The translations under genes were made by a program, and so were the position numbers. Shown in pieces: positions 52,624 through 62,474 of a DNA stretch of 64,000 bases (position 1 is the first letter of the stretch; each line of letters begins with the position of its first letter). Source of the stretch: Spirochaetia bacterium (GTDB lineage: Bacteria > Spirochaetota > Spirochaetia > SZUA-6 > Bin103); NCBI GenBank assembly GCA_965199955.1, contig CBDATQ010000001.1:192001-256000 (forward strand), given 5' to 3'. The notes beneath the pieces are model-generated. The model was not told the DNA's origin. It did not search any database and saw nothing but the letters and a program-made list of their open reading frames with translations.

Positions 52624-53829
52624 TCAGAGCTCGAACGCCGAGGTCGCTACGTCGGCGACCTCGGCGCCGATCGACAGGGCGGCCGTCGCCGCCGGCGAAG
52701 GCGCGTTGAGCACGTGCACGGAGCGCTCGCCGCGGACGATGAGGAAGTCGTCGATCATGGCGCCGTCGGGCCGGAGCGCCAGGGCGCGCACGCCGGCCCG
52801 CGTGGGCTGCACTTCCGCGTCGGCCAGCGACGGCACCAGCCGCCGCACGGCGGCGACGAAGCGCCGGCGCGAGAACGCCCGGCCGTACTCCCGGATGCCG
52901 TAGCGGGCGTGGCGAAGCAGCAGCCGCCACGTGCCGCGGTAGCCGAGCGATTCCGCCGCGTCCCGCGCGTCGATGTCGGTCTTGCCGTAGCCCTCGCGCT
53001 TCAGGGAGAAGACGGCGTTCGGTCCGCACTCCACCTCGCCCGCGGTGCGCCGGGTCAGGTGCACGCCCAGGAACGGCAGCGTCGGGTCGGGGACCGGATA
53101 GATCAGCCCGCGCACCTTGTGGCGGGCGGCCGGGGCCAGCTCGTAGAAATCCCCGCGGAAGGCGACGACACGGGCTGGAGGAGTCAGTCCGTCCAGCCGG
53201 GCGATCCGGTCCGAGTACAGGCCGCCGCAGTTGATCAGGTGGCGGCTGGCGCGGCGGCCGGCGCGCGTGTCGATCTCGACGCCGTCCGCGGCGCGGCGGA
53301 TGCGCGTGGCCTCGGCCAGCGTGGAGACGGTGGCGCCTGCGGCCAGCAGCAGATCCCGCAGTTTCGCCGCCACCGCCTGGTAGTCGATGATGCCGGCGTA
53401 CGGCACCCAGATGGCGCCCAGGCCGCCGGCGTGCGGCTCGATCTCCCGTAGTCCGGCGCGGTCGACCACCTCGACCTGATCCAGGCCGTTGCGGCGGCCG
53501 TTCGCGCAGAGGTCCGGCAGGCGCGCAAGCTCCCGCGCGGTGACGGCCATCACGACCTTGCCGCAGGTCTCATGCGGGATGCCGTGCTCGCGCGCGAAGT
53601 CGACCATCTGTGCTCTCCCCTCCACGCAGAGGCGAGCCCGCGCCGACCCGGGGCGGTAGTAGAGACCGGAGTGCAGGACGCCGGAGTTGCGCCCGGTCTG
53701 GTGCAGGCCGACCTGCCGCTCCTTCTCGAGCACCAGCACGGACAGCGACGGATGGCGCTGCACGAGGCGGTACGCGGAAGCCAGGCCGATGATGCCGGCG
53801 CCGATGATGGTGATGTCGAACCGGTCCAC
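52624..53829 (-). CDS. lhgO: L-2-hydroxyglutarate oxidase
   Basis: GAGIIG, HQTGRNSGVLHSGLYY.PGS, IYPVPDP..PFLGVH, AGVRA.A, NAPSPAATA. Confidence 0.92.
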   Translation of the reverse strand: MDRFDITIIGAGIIGLASAYRLVQRHPSLSVLVLEKERQVGLHQTGRNSGVLHSGLYYRPGSARARLCVEGRAQMVDFAREHGIPHETCGKVVMAVTARELARLPDLCANGRRNGLDQVEVVDRAGLREIEPHAGGLGAIWVPYAGIIDYQAVAAKLRDLLLAAGATVSTLAEATRIRRAADGVEIDTRAGRRASRHLINCGGLYSDRIARLDGLTPPARVVAFRGDFYELAPAARHKVRGLIYPVPDPTLPFLGVHLTRRTAGEVECGPNAVFSLKREGYGKTDIDARDAAESLGYRGTWRLLLRHARYGIREYGRAFSRRRFVAAVRRLVPSLADAEVQPTRAGVRALALRPDGAMIDDFLIVRGERSVHVLNAPSPAATAALSIGAEVADVATSAFEL

Positions 53830-53860
53830 GCTTCACCATATTACTGGTAGGCTCGAAGCC

Positions 53861-54619
53861 GTGCGGGACGCTGAGCCCTGGTACCGCGTCTGGTTCGATT
53901 CCCCGTACTACGGGATCCTCTATGGCGACCGAGACCAGGAGGAGGCCGACGCGTTCATCCGCCGGCTGGCGCGAACCCTGCGGGTACGGCCGCCGGCCGC
54001 GGCGCTGGACGTCGCCTGCGGGACCGGCCGGCATGCGGTGGTGCTGGCCGACCTGGGGTACGGCGTGCTGGGGATCGACCTGTCGGCGCCCAGCATCGCC
54101 GTGGCCAGGCGGCGGACGAGGGCGAATCCGAGGTTCGAGGTCCTCGACATGCGCGCGATCGAGTGGCGGGAACGGTTCGATCTGGCCGTGAACCTGTTCA
54201 CGAGCTTCGGCTACTTCGGGGACGAGGACGACGAACGGCAGGTGGTGGCCGGCATCGAGCGGGCGTTGCGGCCCGGCGGCGAGCTGGTGATCGACTTTCT
54301 CAACGCCGCCCGGACGGTCGCGGAGCTGGTGCCCGCCGAGCGGACCGAGCGCGGCGGGATCGCATTCGACATCACCCGCGAGATCCGGGAGGGCACAATC
54401 GTCAAGACGATCACGGTCGACGACCCGCGGCGGGATGGGAACGAGCCGCCGCCGAGGTTTCAGGAACGGGTGCGGGCGCTGGACGCCTGTACCCTGCAGG
54501 GTTACCTGCAGGACGCGGGCCTCCGCATCGAGCGCCGCTACGGCGACTATGCCCTGAACCCGTATCGGCCGCAGACTTCGGACCGGCTGATCCTGGTGGC
54601 GCGCAAGCCCGAGCGCTGA
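53861..54619 (+). CDS. Class I SAM-dependent methyltransferase (candidate bacillithiol N-methyltransferase)
   Basis: WFDSPYY.ILY..RD.EEA, LDVACGTGRH, NLFTSFGYF; 4 nt before bshC. Confidence 0.88.
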   Translation: MRDAEPWYRVWFDSPYYGILYGDRDQEEADAFIRRLARTLRVRPPAAALDVACGTGRHAVVLADLGYGVLGIDLSAPSIAVARRRTRANPRFEVLDMRAIEWRERFDLAVNLFTSFGYFGDEDDERQVVAGIERALRPGGELVIDFLNAARTVAELVPAERTERGGIAFDITREIREGTIVKTITVDDPRRDGNEPPPRFQERVRALDACTLQGYLQDAGLRIERRYGDYALNPYRPQTSDRLILVARKPER

Positions 54620-54623
54620 CCAG

Positions 54624-56255
54624 ATGCCTTCGAGCCCGGCCGCCCGCATCGCCACCCTTCCGCAGGCTCTGCTCCATCAGGGCGATGCGTTGCTGCGCGA
54701 CCTGGCCGCCGGATCGGAGCGGGCAGCACGGTTCTTCTCCGTCCCTCCGCGGGACCCCGCGGCGGCCGCGGCCGCCGCGTCCGGGGCGCGTCCCGGCGGG
54801 TCTGCCCTGCCCGCCGCGGTGGCGGAGGACCTGGTCACCCACCAGCGCCGCTGCGACGGGGACGAGCTGTCGGTCGCGAACGCGGAGGCGCTGGCCGCGG
54901 GACGGGCGGCCTGCATCATCACCGGCCAGCAGGCGGGACTGCTCGGCGGCCCGGTATACACCGCCTACAAGATCGCCTCCGCGGTGTGGCTGGCCCGGCA
55001 GGTGGCCGAGCGAACCGGACGGCCGTGTGTCCCGGTGTTCTGGCTCGCGTCGGAGGATCACGACATCGGCGAGGCCAACCACACCTTCGGCACCAGGGCC
55101 GACGGCGAGATCGGCCGCGTCTCCTTTCGCGCCTCCGGCGGCCGCGAGGTGCGGCGGCTGCCGGTCGATGACGAGATGGCCGGGAGCGTGGCCCGGTACT
55201 TCGATCACCTGCTTCCCGCCGGCGACCGGCCGCGTGCCCGCCGTGCCTTCGCCCTGGACGGCCAGCGCACCTTCACCGCCTGGGTGGCGCGGATCTGGAT
55301 GCGGCTGTTCGCGGGCACCGGTCTGGTGGTGGTGGAGCCGGCGCTCCTGCGCCCGGCGTGCGGGGAGCTGTTCGAGCGCGCGCTTGCCGAGCGTGCAGCC
55401 GTCGCGGAGGCGCTGGCCGCGGTTGCGCGCGACCTGCGCGAAGCCGGCTACCGGGTGCCGCTCGACCCGGCTACCGCGGGCACGCCGTTCCACGTCGGCG
55501 CCGACGGCACGCGCGTGCGCGTCGCCGACGCCGGGCCCCTGTTGCGCCGGGGAGCCGTGGACGCCGCCGTCCTGTCCACCGACGCGGCGCTGCGCCCGGT
55601 CTTCGCCGACGCGGTGCTGCCCAGCCTCGCGCACGTGGTCGGCGCGGGGGAAATGGCCTACCACGCCATGCTCAAGCCGCTCTACGCGCTATTCGGGGTG
55701 GCGCAGCCGGCGGTGCTGCCGCGCCGCAGCCTGACCTTCCTGACCGAGGACGAGGCGGTGGCGCTCGAGCGCTACGGCATCACCGCGGAGGAGGCGCTGA
55801 CCGGCCGGGTGCATCCGGGCGCGGCGACCCACCGGCTGCTCGGCGACGGCGACAGGGCCGAGTTCGAGCGGGTCGCGGCACAAATCCGCACGGCGTTCCG
55901 GCCGCTCGCCGAGAGCGTCAGCGCAGTCGATCCGTCGCTGGCGCATACCTGGCAACGCTCGCGCGACCATGCCCTGCGCGGCCTTGACCGGCTGCGCGCG
56001 CGCACGGGCCGCGCCGTGCTGGCGCGCCGCGGCTACTCGCCTGCGGCCCTGCACCGCGTGCTCAACCAGATCCGGCCGCGCGGCCGGCTGCAGGAGCGCG
56101 TGTTTCCGGTTCCCCACTTCCTGGCTCGCTTCGGCGCGGCGTTTCTGGATGCCTGCTTGATCGGCGAGCCGGAGGAGGCGTTTACTCATGAGGTGCTGGC
56201 TCTGCCCGCCGCGGCCGAACCGCTGCGATCAGACCCATCGTTGAGAACGCCATGA
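54624..56255 (+). CDS. bshC: Bacillithiol biosynthesis cysteine-adding enzyme
   Basis: TGQQAGLLGGP.YTAYK, VPVFWLASEDHD..E, LRPV..D..LP, G.GEMAY, P.G.LQER. Confidence 0.93.
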   Translation: MPSSPAARIATLPQALLHQGDALLRDLAAGSERAARFFSVPPRDPAAAAAAASGARPGGSALPAAVAEDLVTHQRRCDGDELSVANAEALAAGRAACIITGQQAGLLGGPVYTAYKIASAVWLARQVAERTGRPCVPVFWLASEDHDIGEANHTFGTRADGEIGRVSFRASGGREVRRLPVDDEMAGSVARYFDHLLPAGDRPRARRAFALDGQRTFTAWVARIWMRLFAGTGLVVVEPALLRPACGELFERALAERAAVAEALAAVARDLREAGYRVPLDPATAGTPFHVGADGTRVRVADAGPLLRRGAVDAAVLSTDAALRPVFADAVLPSLAHVVGAGEMAYHAMLKPLYALFGVAQPAVLPRRSLTFLTEDEAVALERYGITAEEALTGRVHPGAATHRLLGDGDRAEFERVAAQIRTAFRPLAESVSAVDPSLAHTWQRSRDHALRGLDRLRARTGRAVLARRGYSPAALHRVLNQIRPRGRLQERVFPVPHFLARFGAAFLDACLIGEPEEAFTHEVLALPAAAEPLRSDPSLRTP

Positions 56256-57460
56256 GAATAGGCATCTCCTGCTACCCGACCCACGGCGGCAGCGGTGTGG
56301 TCGCCACCGAGCTCGGCCTGCGGCTGGCCGAGCGCGGCCACTCGGTGGCGTTCGTGAGCTACTCGGCGCCGTTGCGCCTGAGCGCGCTGCCGCCGCGGGT
56401 CTGTTTCCACGAAGTCGCGATCGAGGAGTATCCGCTCCTCAAGCAGTTCCCCTACACGCTGGCGCTGGCGTCCAAGCTCGCGGAGGTCGCGCGTTCGCAT
56501 CGCCTGCGGATCCTGCACGTCCACTACGCGATCCCGTTCGCGGCGGCGGCCATCCTGGCCAGGCAGATCGCGCCCGAGCTCGACCTGAAGGTGGTGACCA
56601 CCCTGCACGGCACCGACATCACCGTGGTGGGCAGCAACGACAGCTTCCGGCCGGTGACCGCCTTCTGCATCGAGCGCTCGGATGCGGTGACCGCCGTGTC
56701 GCATGCGCTGCGCGCGGAGACCGGCCAGGTGTTCGGGATCACCCGGCCGATCGAGGTGATCCCGAACTTCGTCGATCCCGACCACTACCGGAGCGCTCGC
56801 CCCGCCGTCTGGCCCGGGGACCGCTCCGCCGCCGGCGCCGAGCGCGTGCCGACCATCGTGCACATCTCCAACTTCCGGCCCGTGAAGCGGGCGGCCGACG
56901 TGATACGCGTGTTCGCGCGGGTGGCGGGCGAGGTGCCGGCGCGCCTCGTGCTGGTCGGCGACGGCCCCGACCTCGGGCCGGCCACCGACCTGGCGCGCGA
57001 GCTCCGGGTGCTCGACCGCATCCGGCTGATCGGGGTGGTCGACGACGTGGCGCCGTACCTGCGCGTCGCGGACCTGCTGCTGCTGCCGAGCCAGACCGAG
57101 GCGTTCGGGCTGGTGGCCCTGGAGGCGCTGGCCGCGGGCGTGCCGGTGATCGCGAGCCGGGTGGGCGGCCTGCCGGAGGTGGTGGAACACGGCGTCTCGG
57201 GCTATCTGCTTCCGGTGGGAGACGTGGAGGGGATGGCCCGGCAGGCGGTGACGCTGCTGCGCGAACGGCCGCTGGCGGAGCGGCTGGGACGCGCCGGCGC
57301 CGGGCGCGTCGCCGAGCAATTTCCTCCCGACCGGATCGTGCCGCGCTTCGAGGAGCTCTACCACCGCGTGCTGGGGCTGCCGGCCGGCGCGGAGACCGAG
57401 ATCGACGACGGCGACGCGCACGCCGAGTCGTTCGAACCGCCATACCGTGAACGGGCGTGA
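56252..57460 (+). CDS. bshA: N-acetyl-alpha-D-glucosaminyl L-malate synthase
   Basis: MRIGISCYPTHGGSGVVATELG, HVHYAIP, TTLHGTDIT, HISNFRPVKR, EAFGLVALEA. Confidence 0.96.
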   Translation: MRIGISCYPTHGGSGVVATELGLRLAERGHSVAFVSYSAPLRLSALPPRVCFHEVAIEEYPLLKQFPYTLALASKLAEVARSHRLRILHVHYAIPFAAAAILARQIAPELDLKVVTTLHGTDITVVGSNDSFRPVTAFCIERSDAVTAVSHALRAETGQVFGITRPIEVIPNFVDPDHYRSARPAVWPGDRSAAGAERVPTIVHISNFRPVKRAADVIRVFARVAGEVPARLVLVGDGPDLGPATDLARELRVLDRIRLIGVVDDVAPYLRVADLLLLPSQTEAFGLVALEALAAGVPVIASRVGGLPEVVEHGVSGYLLPVGDVEGMARQAVTLLRERPLAERLGRAGAGRVAEQFPPDRIVPRFEELYHRVLGLPAGAETEIDDGDAHAESFEPPYRERA

Positions 57461-58376
57461 CGGGCGCCCGTTGAGGTTGGGGACGCGCCGCAGCGCCCTG
57501 GCCCGCGTGCAGGCGGAGATGGTCGCCGCCCGCCTGCCGGGACCGGTGACGATCGTGCCGATCGCGGTCGGCGCCGACACGGACCGGCGGCCGCTCGCGG
57601 CCCTCGCCGGCACGCGTGTGTTTACCGGCGCGATCGAGCGCAGCCTGCTGGCGGGCGACGTCGACCTGGCCGTGCACGCGCTCAAGGACCTGCCGGTGAC
57701 GCCGATCCCGGGACTGCGGGTCGCGGCGTTTCTGCGGCGCGGCCCGGTAGGCGATCTCCTGCTGCGGCGCGCCGCGGACGCCGGCGCGCCGCTGGGACTG
57801 GCGTCCGGCGCCCGCGTGGGCACCGGTTCGCCGCGCCGCGCGGCGTTGCTGGGACGGCACGCGCCGCAGGCCCGCGCCGAGCCGATGCGCGGCAACGTGC
57901 CGACCCGCATCGAGCGCTGCGTCGACGGCAGCGTCGACGCGGTGGTGCTGGCGCGGGCCGGTGTCGAGCGCCTCGGCGACGCGATCGGGGCCATGCTGGC
58001 GGAGCTGTCGAGCGTGCCGCTCGATCCGCCTGACTGGCTGCCCGCTCCCGGGCAGGCCGCGATCGCCGCGCAGGCGCGCGAGGGCGACGAGGACCTGCTT
58101 GCGGCGCTGGCCGGGATCGACGATGCGGAGACCGGCACGGCAGTCGGCCTGGAACGAGCGCTGTTGCAGGCGTCCGGTGGCGGCTGCCGCGCCTCGCTCG
58201 GCGCCTGGGCGCGGCCGGTCGCGGCGGGCGGGTGGCGCGCCGACGTGGGTCTGCAGGACGGCAGCGGCTGCTGGCGGGTGCGCCACGCCACGGGCGATCC
58301 GGAGTCGATCCGGCATGAGCTGGCCGACTGGATCGGCAGAGCGAGCGGAGCGAACCCGCCGGAGGGCGACGCTTGA
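57447..58376 (+). CDS. hemC: Hydroxymethylbilane synthase
   Basis: LGTRRSALA..QA, DLAVHALKDLP, VGTGSPRR, RGNVPTR, LPAPGQ, GGGC. Confidence 0.92.
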   Translation: MNGRDGRPLRLGTRRSALARVQAEMVAARLPGPVTIVPIAVGADTDRRPLAALAGTRVFTGAIERSLLAGDVDLAVHALKDLPVTPIPGLRVAAFLRRGPVGDLLLRRAADAGAPLGLASGARVGTGSPRRAALLGRHAPQARAEPMRGNVPTRIERCVDGSVDAVVLARAGVERLGDAIGAMLAELSSVPLDPPDWLPAPGQAAIAAQAREGDEDLLAALAGIDDAETGTAVGLERALLQASGGGCRASLGAWARPVAAGGWRADVGLQDGSGCWRVRHATGDPESIRHELADWIGRASGANPPEGDA

Positions 58377-59464
58377 CCCTCGTCCACGCGTCCGACCTGC
58401 ACCTGTGCGAAGCCGACGCCGGCTACGGCCTGGAGGTGCTCGACGAGCTGATCGACCTGTGCCTGGAGGTGCAGGCGCAGGCTCTCCTGCTGGCCGGTGA
58501 TGTCTTCGACAGCTTCGACGCGGCGGAAGCGCTGCGCGAGCCGTTCCGGAGGCGGGTCGAGCGGCTGGCGGCCCGCTGCAGGGTGCTGTTTCTCCCCGGC
58601 AACCACGACGAGCAGCGCCAGGGCAGCCGCAGGCTGGCCGCGCTGGACCTGGGGCCGGTGACGCTTCTGGACCGACGGCCGTTCTCGCTCGTGCGCTTCC
58701 CGGAGGAAGGCGTCGAGGTGGTGGGAGTCCCCGAACGGCCCGACTACGACGACTTCCGGAGCTGGGGCGTGCCGGACAAGGCGGCGCCGGTGCGCATCGT
58801 CCTGGCCCACGGGATCGTTTCCGGCTTGGCATACACGGGACCGGCGGCGGCCGATGAGGATGGCGAGACCGCTGCGGGGCAGATCGAGCCGCGCCTGTTC
58901 CGGGAGCTTGCGGCCGACTACGCCGCGCTCGGCCACCTGCATGGCCGGCGCCAGGCGGTCGACGACGGCGTGACGTTCAGCTACCCCGGATCCGCGCGGG
59001 TGTGGCGCCGTGGCGAGTCCGGCGAGCACGGCGTCTGGCGGCTGGCGGCAGGCAGGAACGGGGTGACCGGCGAGTTCGTGCCTCTGCGCGCCGCGGGCCG
59101 ATACCGCGTCTTCGATGTCCCGGTCGAGCTGGCGGGCACCGTCGACGTGGCGCCGCTGCAGCCGGAGCGCTGGCACCGCAACGACTGGGTGGTGCTGCGC
59201 GCCACCGGCGTGGTCGAGGACGAGAACGAGCTGGCGGGCGTCCTGGACGATCTGCGCAGGCGGTACGCCGGCGCGGTGCGCAAGCTGGAGATCGACTCGG
59301 GGAGGTGCGAAGCGATGCCGGGGATCGCCTCGCACCCCCTGGCCGGCCGCTTCCTGGAGGTCTGGGAGGCGAGCGAGCCGCATGATCCGGCCGAGCGGCC
59401 GGCATGGCTGCGGGCGCGCCAGCTCGGTCTGCTGGCGATCAAGCATGAGCTGGGGGGCACATGA
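58373..59464 (+). CDS. Mre11/SbcD (YhaO-like) metallophosphoesterase
   Basis: HASDLHL, AGDVFD, PGNHD, AHG, ALGHLH, YPGS. Confidence 0.9.
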   Translation: MTLVHASDLHLCEADAGYGLEVLDELIDLCLEVQAQALLLAGDVFDSFDAAEALREPFRRRVERLAARCRVLFLPGNHDEQRQGSRRLAALDLGPVTLLDRRPFSLVRFPEEGVEVVGVPERPDYDDFRSWGVPDKAAPVRIVLAHGIVSGLAYTGPAAADEDGETAAGQIEPRLFRELAADYAALGHLHGRRQAVDDGVTFSYPGSARVWRRGESGEHGVWRLAAGRNGVTGEFVPLRAAGRYRVFDVPVELAGTVDVAPLQPERWHRNDWVVLRATGVVEDENELAGVLDDLRRRYAGAVRKLEIDSGRCEAMPGIASHPLAGRFLEVWEASEPHDPAERPAWLRARQLGLLAIKHELGGT

Positions 59465-61539
59465 TCACCCGCCTGCGACTGGAGCGGTTCGGGGCGTTCG
59501 AGGGCCGCGACCTGGAGTTCGCGGCGGTCACGCTGTTCGTGGGGCCGAACGAGAGCGGCAAGACCACGATCGTCGACGCGCTGTGCGAGGTGCTGTGCAA
59601 GCCGCGCTCCAACCGCATCGCCGGCAAACGCCTGGCACTCCGGTACGGCACGGACCGGCGGGTGTCGGCGGAGTTCGACGGCGAGCCGATGACCCTCCCG
59701 GAGGATGCGTTCGGCGACCTGTTCGCGATCAGGTCCGGCGACCTGACGCTCGACGTCAGGCCGGGGACCGGTTGGGTGGAGGCGCTCAAGGCGGATCTGT
59801 TCACCGCGGGGCTCGATCCGAAGCGGCTGCACGCCGCGCTGGCGCGGCGGGCGGGCACCGACGGCGGCAGCCGCCACAACCGCGAGATCCGGCAGCTCGG
59901 CGAGGAGCAGCGCCGGCTGGAGGAGCGGCGCGACCTGCTGCTGGAGCAGGCCGTCGCCGCACGCTCCGCGAACGCCGCCGTCGCCGAGCGGCAGGCCGAG
60001 CGCGGCGGGCTGGCCGATGAGCTTGACGGCCTGATGCGCACTCTCGACGAACGGCAGAGGCATGCCCGCCGGCGTCTGCAGCAGGCGGAGGAGCGCGAGG
60101 CGGAGCGGCTGCTGCAGGGCCTCGAAGAGCTCACCCGGGGAGCCGGGCAGCGTGCCGGGAGCGCCGGCGAGGCGCCGGCACGGCTGCAGGAGCTTGCCGC
60201 CGCGAGCGAAGCGGCAGCCCGGGAGGTCGAGCATGCGCGCGCCGAATTGGAACGAGCGCGCCAGCACCTGCAGGACGGTCAGGGCGGCGCTCCGGGCCGC
60301 GCGGCCGGCGAAGCAGGACGGGTGCGCGGTATCGCGACGGGGGTCGCTCTGGGCCTGCTGGCCGGCGGCGTCCTGGCCGCGGCCGCGCTGGTCGCGGGCG
60401 TGCCGGTGGTGGTCGCGGTGGCCGCCGGGGTCGCGGCGACGGCCGGTACCGCGGCGGTCGCCGTCCTGATCCGGCTGCGGTCCGCGGCGGTCGAAGCGGT
60501 CCGGGAAGAGACCGACCGCGCGGTGGACCGGTTGCGCGCGCGACGCGAGCGGCACGATCGGTCGAAGCGCGAGCTGCGCGACTTCCTGGAGCGGCACGGC
60601 GCGGAGTCCCCGGAGCAGCTCCTGATGCAGCTCGGCGGCGCGCGCGCCGATGAAGCGCGCCGGCGTGACGCGGAGGCGGAGCTCATGGCGGCGGCACGAG
60701 AGCGTGGGCTGAACGACCTTCATGCACTGGCCGACGCGCTGCGCGAACAGCTTCGCGACCGGCCGCACGGGGCGCCGGCCGCCGGGCCGGTGCCGTCGCC
60801 GGCGCCGGGGGACGAGGAAGCGCTCCGCGCGCGGGCGGCGGCGGTGCGCGAACGGCTGGACGAGCTGGACGAGCTGGTAGGTCGCGAGCGCGAGAAGGCG
60901 GCCTCCCTGAGCGCCGGCGCCGGCGAGATGGCGGAGGTCACGGCGCGGATCGCCGCGGCCGGCCGCCGCGCCGCGGCGCTGGAGCTGGACCGCCGGGCGG
61001 CCGGCATCGCCGCTTCCCTGTTCGCCCGCATCGCCGACGAGTCGACCGCGGCGCTCGACGAGCTCTCCGCGGACATCGGTGCGCGCTACGCGGCCGTTGC
61101 GGGAACGGCTGCCCCGCGCAACGCCCCGGAGCAGTCCTCCCCGGCGACTCCGGTCTCCCCGGTGACTCTGGCGGCGCTCGAGGAGGAGCCGCTGATCGTC
61201 GACGCCTCCGCGGTCGCGCGGCCGGCGGGCCAGCTCTCGCAGGGCACGCGCGATGCCTATGGCCTGGCGGCCCGCCTCGCCCTGGCCGAGCGGACGCAAA
61301 TCGCTCGTGATGGCGGCAACCCCGGGCTCCTGATCCTGGACGAGCCGTTTCAGTCCCTGGACGCCACCCGCACGGTGCGCGCCCTGCGGCTGATCGCCCG
61401 CTTCCAGGAGCACACCGGCTTTCAGCTCGTGGTCATGACCGCCGACGAACGGGTGGCGTTGGCGGTCGCGGGCCGGTTCGCGGGCGCGCGGGTGCACCGC
61501 CTTGCCGCCCGCGGGTCGGGCTACCCGGTCAGCCAGTAG
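59461..61539 (+). CDS. Rad50/SMC-like (YhaN-like) ATPase with central TM hairpin
   Basis: GPNESGKTT, coiled coils, two hydrophobic helices, LSQGT, LLILDEPF. Confidence 0.88.
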   Translation: MITRLRLERFGAFEGRDLEFAAVTLFVGPNESGKTTIVDALCEVLCKPRSNRIAGKRLALRYGTDRRVSAEFDGEPMTLPEDAFGDLFAIRSGDLTLDVRPGTGWVEALKADLFTAGLDPKRLHAALARRAGTDGGSRHNREIRQLGEEQRRLEERRDLLLEQAVAARSANAAVAERQAERGGLADELDGLMRTLDERQRHARRRLQQAEEREAERLLQGLEELTRGAGQRAGSAGEAPARLQELAAASEAAAREVEHARAELERARQHLQDGQGGAPGRAAGEAGRVRGIATGVALGLLAGGVLAAAALVAGVPVVVAVAAGVAATAGTAAVAVLIRLRSAAVEAVREETDRAVDRLRARRERHDRSKRELRDFLERHGAESPEQLLMQLGGARADEARRRDAEAELMAAARERGLNDLHALADALREQLRDRPHGAPAAGPVPSPAPGDEEALRARAAAVRERLDELDELVGREREKAASLSAGAGEMAEVTARIAAAGRRAAALELDRRAAGIAASLFARIADESTAALDELSADIGARYAAVAGTAAPRNAPEQSSPATPVSPVTLAALEEEPLIVDASAVARPAGQLSQGTRDAYGLAARLALAERTQIARDGGNPGLLILDEPFQSLDATRTVRALRLIARFQEHTGFQLVVMTADERVALAVAGRFAGARVHRLAARGSGYPVSQ

Positions 61540-62474
61540 TCGGCGAGGTCCGCCGGAATCGCGGGGTCGCCGGCCTCGCGCGCGGCGTGCAGGAGCCGCA
61601 GGACCTCACCATAGTCACGGCGCGCGTACGCGTCCTCATGTTCCGTCGCGGGTGCATCGCGGCCGCCCCCGGCCGTTCCCGGGTCCGCCGCCCTGTCGGC
61701 AGCCAGCTCGTCCACGGAGCGCTCGTCCACGGAGCGCATTGCGGCCCGCGCGAAGCCTGCCCGTTCCGGATCTTCGTCGCCGGCCATCCGGCTGCAGAGG
61801 TGCCGGAGCAGATCGGCCTCGTCCCGGCGCAGACCGGGACGCTCGACCAGCCAGGCGATGCGCGCGCGGTCGTCCGGCGTCGCGTTCAGGGGCAGCACCG
61901 ACGTACAGCGGTGCACGAAGCGCTCGACCGGTTGCATCGCGTCGGCGCCGGCGGGCGCCCCGGCATCGCGCCACGCGGTTGCCGCCGGCTCCAGGCGGTG
62001 CGGTTCGCTGTCCAGATGGCCGGCCGCGATCGTCTCCCGGACGCCGGCCAGCGGGGCGGGCGCCCGCATCGTGACGTCACGGGAGGTGTAGCGCTGCAGC
62101 GCCACCCGCAGCTCGCCGCGCGCCGCCGGCCCGTTGACGGTCGCGGTGAGCACGCGTCCGGCATCCAGGGCGACGCGCAGCACCAGGTCGGGCCGGCCGG
62201 CTTCTGCCGCCCCCTCCTCGATGTGCCCGGCCTCCGTGTGCCCGGTCGCCACGTGCACGGTGCCCAGGTGCACGGTGCCCAGGTGCTGGTAGCCCGCGCC
62301 GCCGCCCGGCTCCTCCAGGAACAGCTCGACATCGGCGGCATCCTGCCCCGTACCGGCCGTGGTCAGCACGAGCTGCCGGACGCCGCGAAAGCTGTCCAGC
62401 ATCAGCGGGAAGAAACAGCCGTCGGCGGTGCGCACCCCGATTCTCGACAGCCCCGCCGCCGGCCGCACCGTCAT
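61521..62474 (-). CDS. Hypothetical protein: Hsp70 substrate-binding-like N-domain + helical (PelE-like) C-domain
   Basis: IGVRTADG.FFP...LVLTT...Q....ELF...LG...L.V.LD..R.L.A; C-terminal LLR....D.DPE...FA..AM and YARRDY.EV..LL...YW. Confidence 0.6.
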   Translation of the reverse strand: MTVRPAAGLSRIGVRTADGCFFPLMLDSFRGVRQLVLTTAGTGQDAADVELFLEEPGGGAGYQHLGTVHLGTVHVATGHTEAGHIEEGAAEAGRPDLVLRVALDAGRVLTATVNGPAARGELRVALQRYTSRDVTMRAPAPLAGVRETIAAGHLDSEPHRLEPAATAWRDAGAPAGADAMQPVERFVHRCTSVLPLNATPDDRARIAWLVERPGLRRDEADLLRHLCSRMAGDEDPERAGFARAAMRSVDERSVDELAADRAADPGTAGGGRDAPATEHEDAYARRDYGEVLRLLHAAREAGDPAIPADLADYWLTG

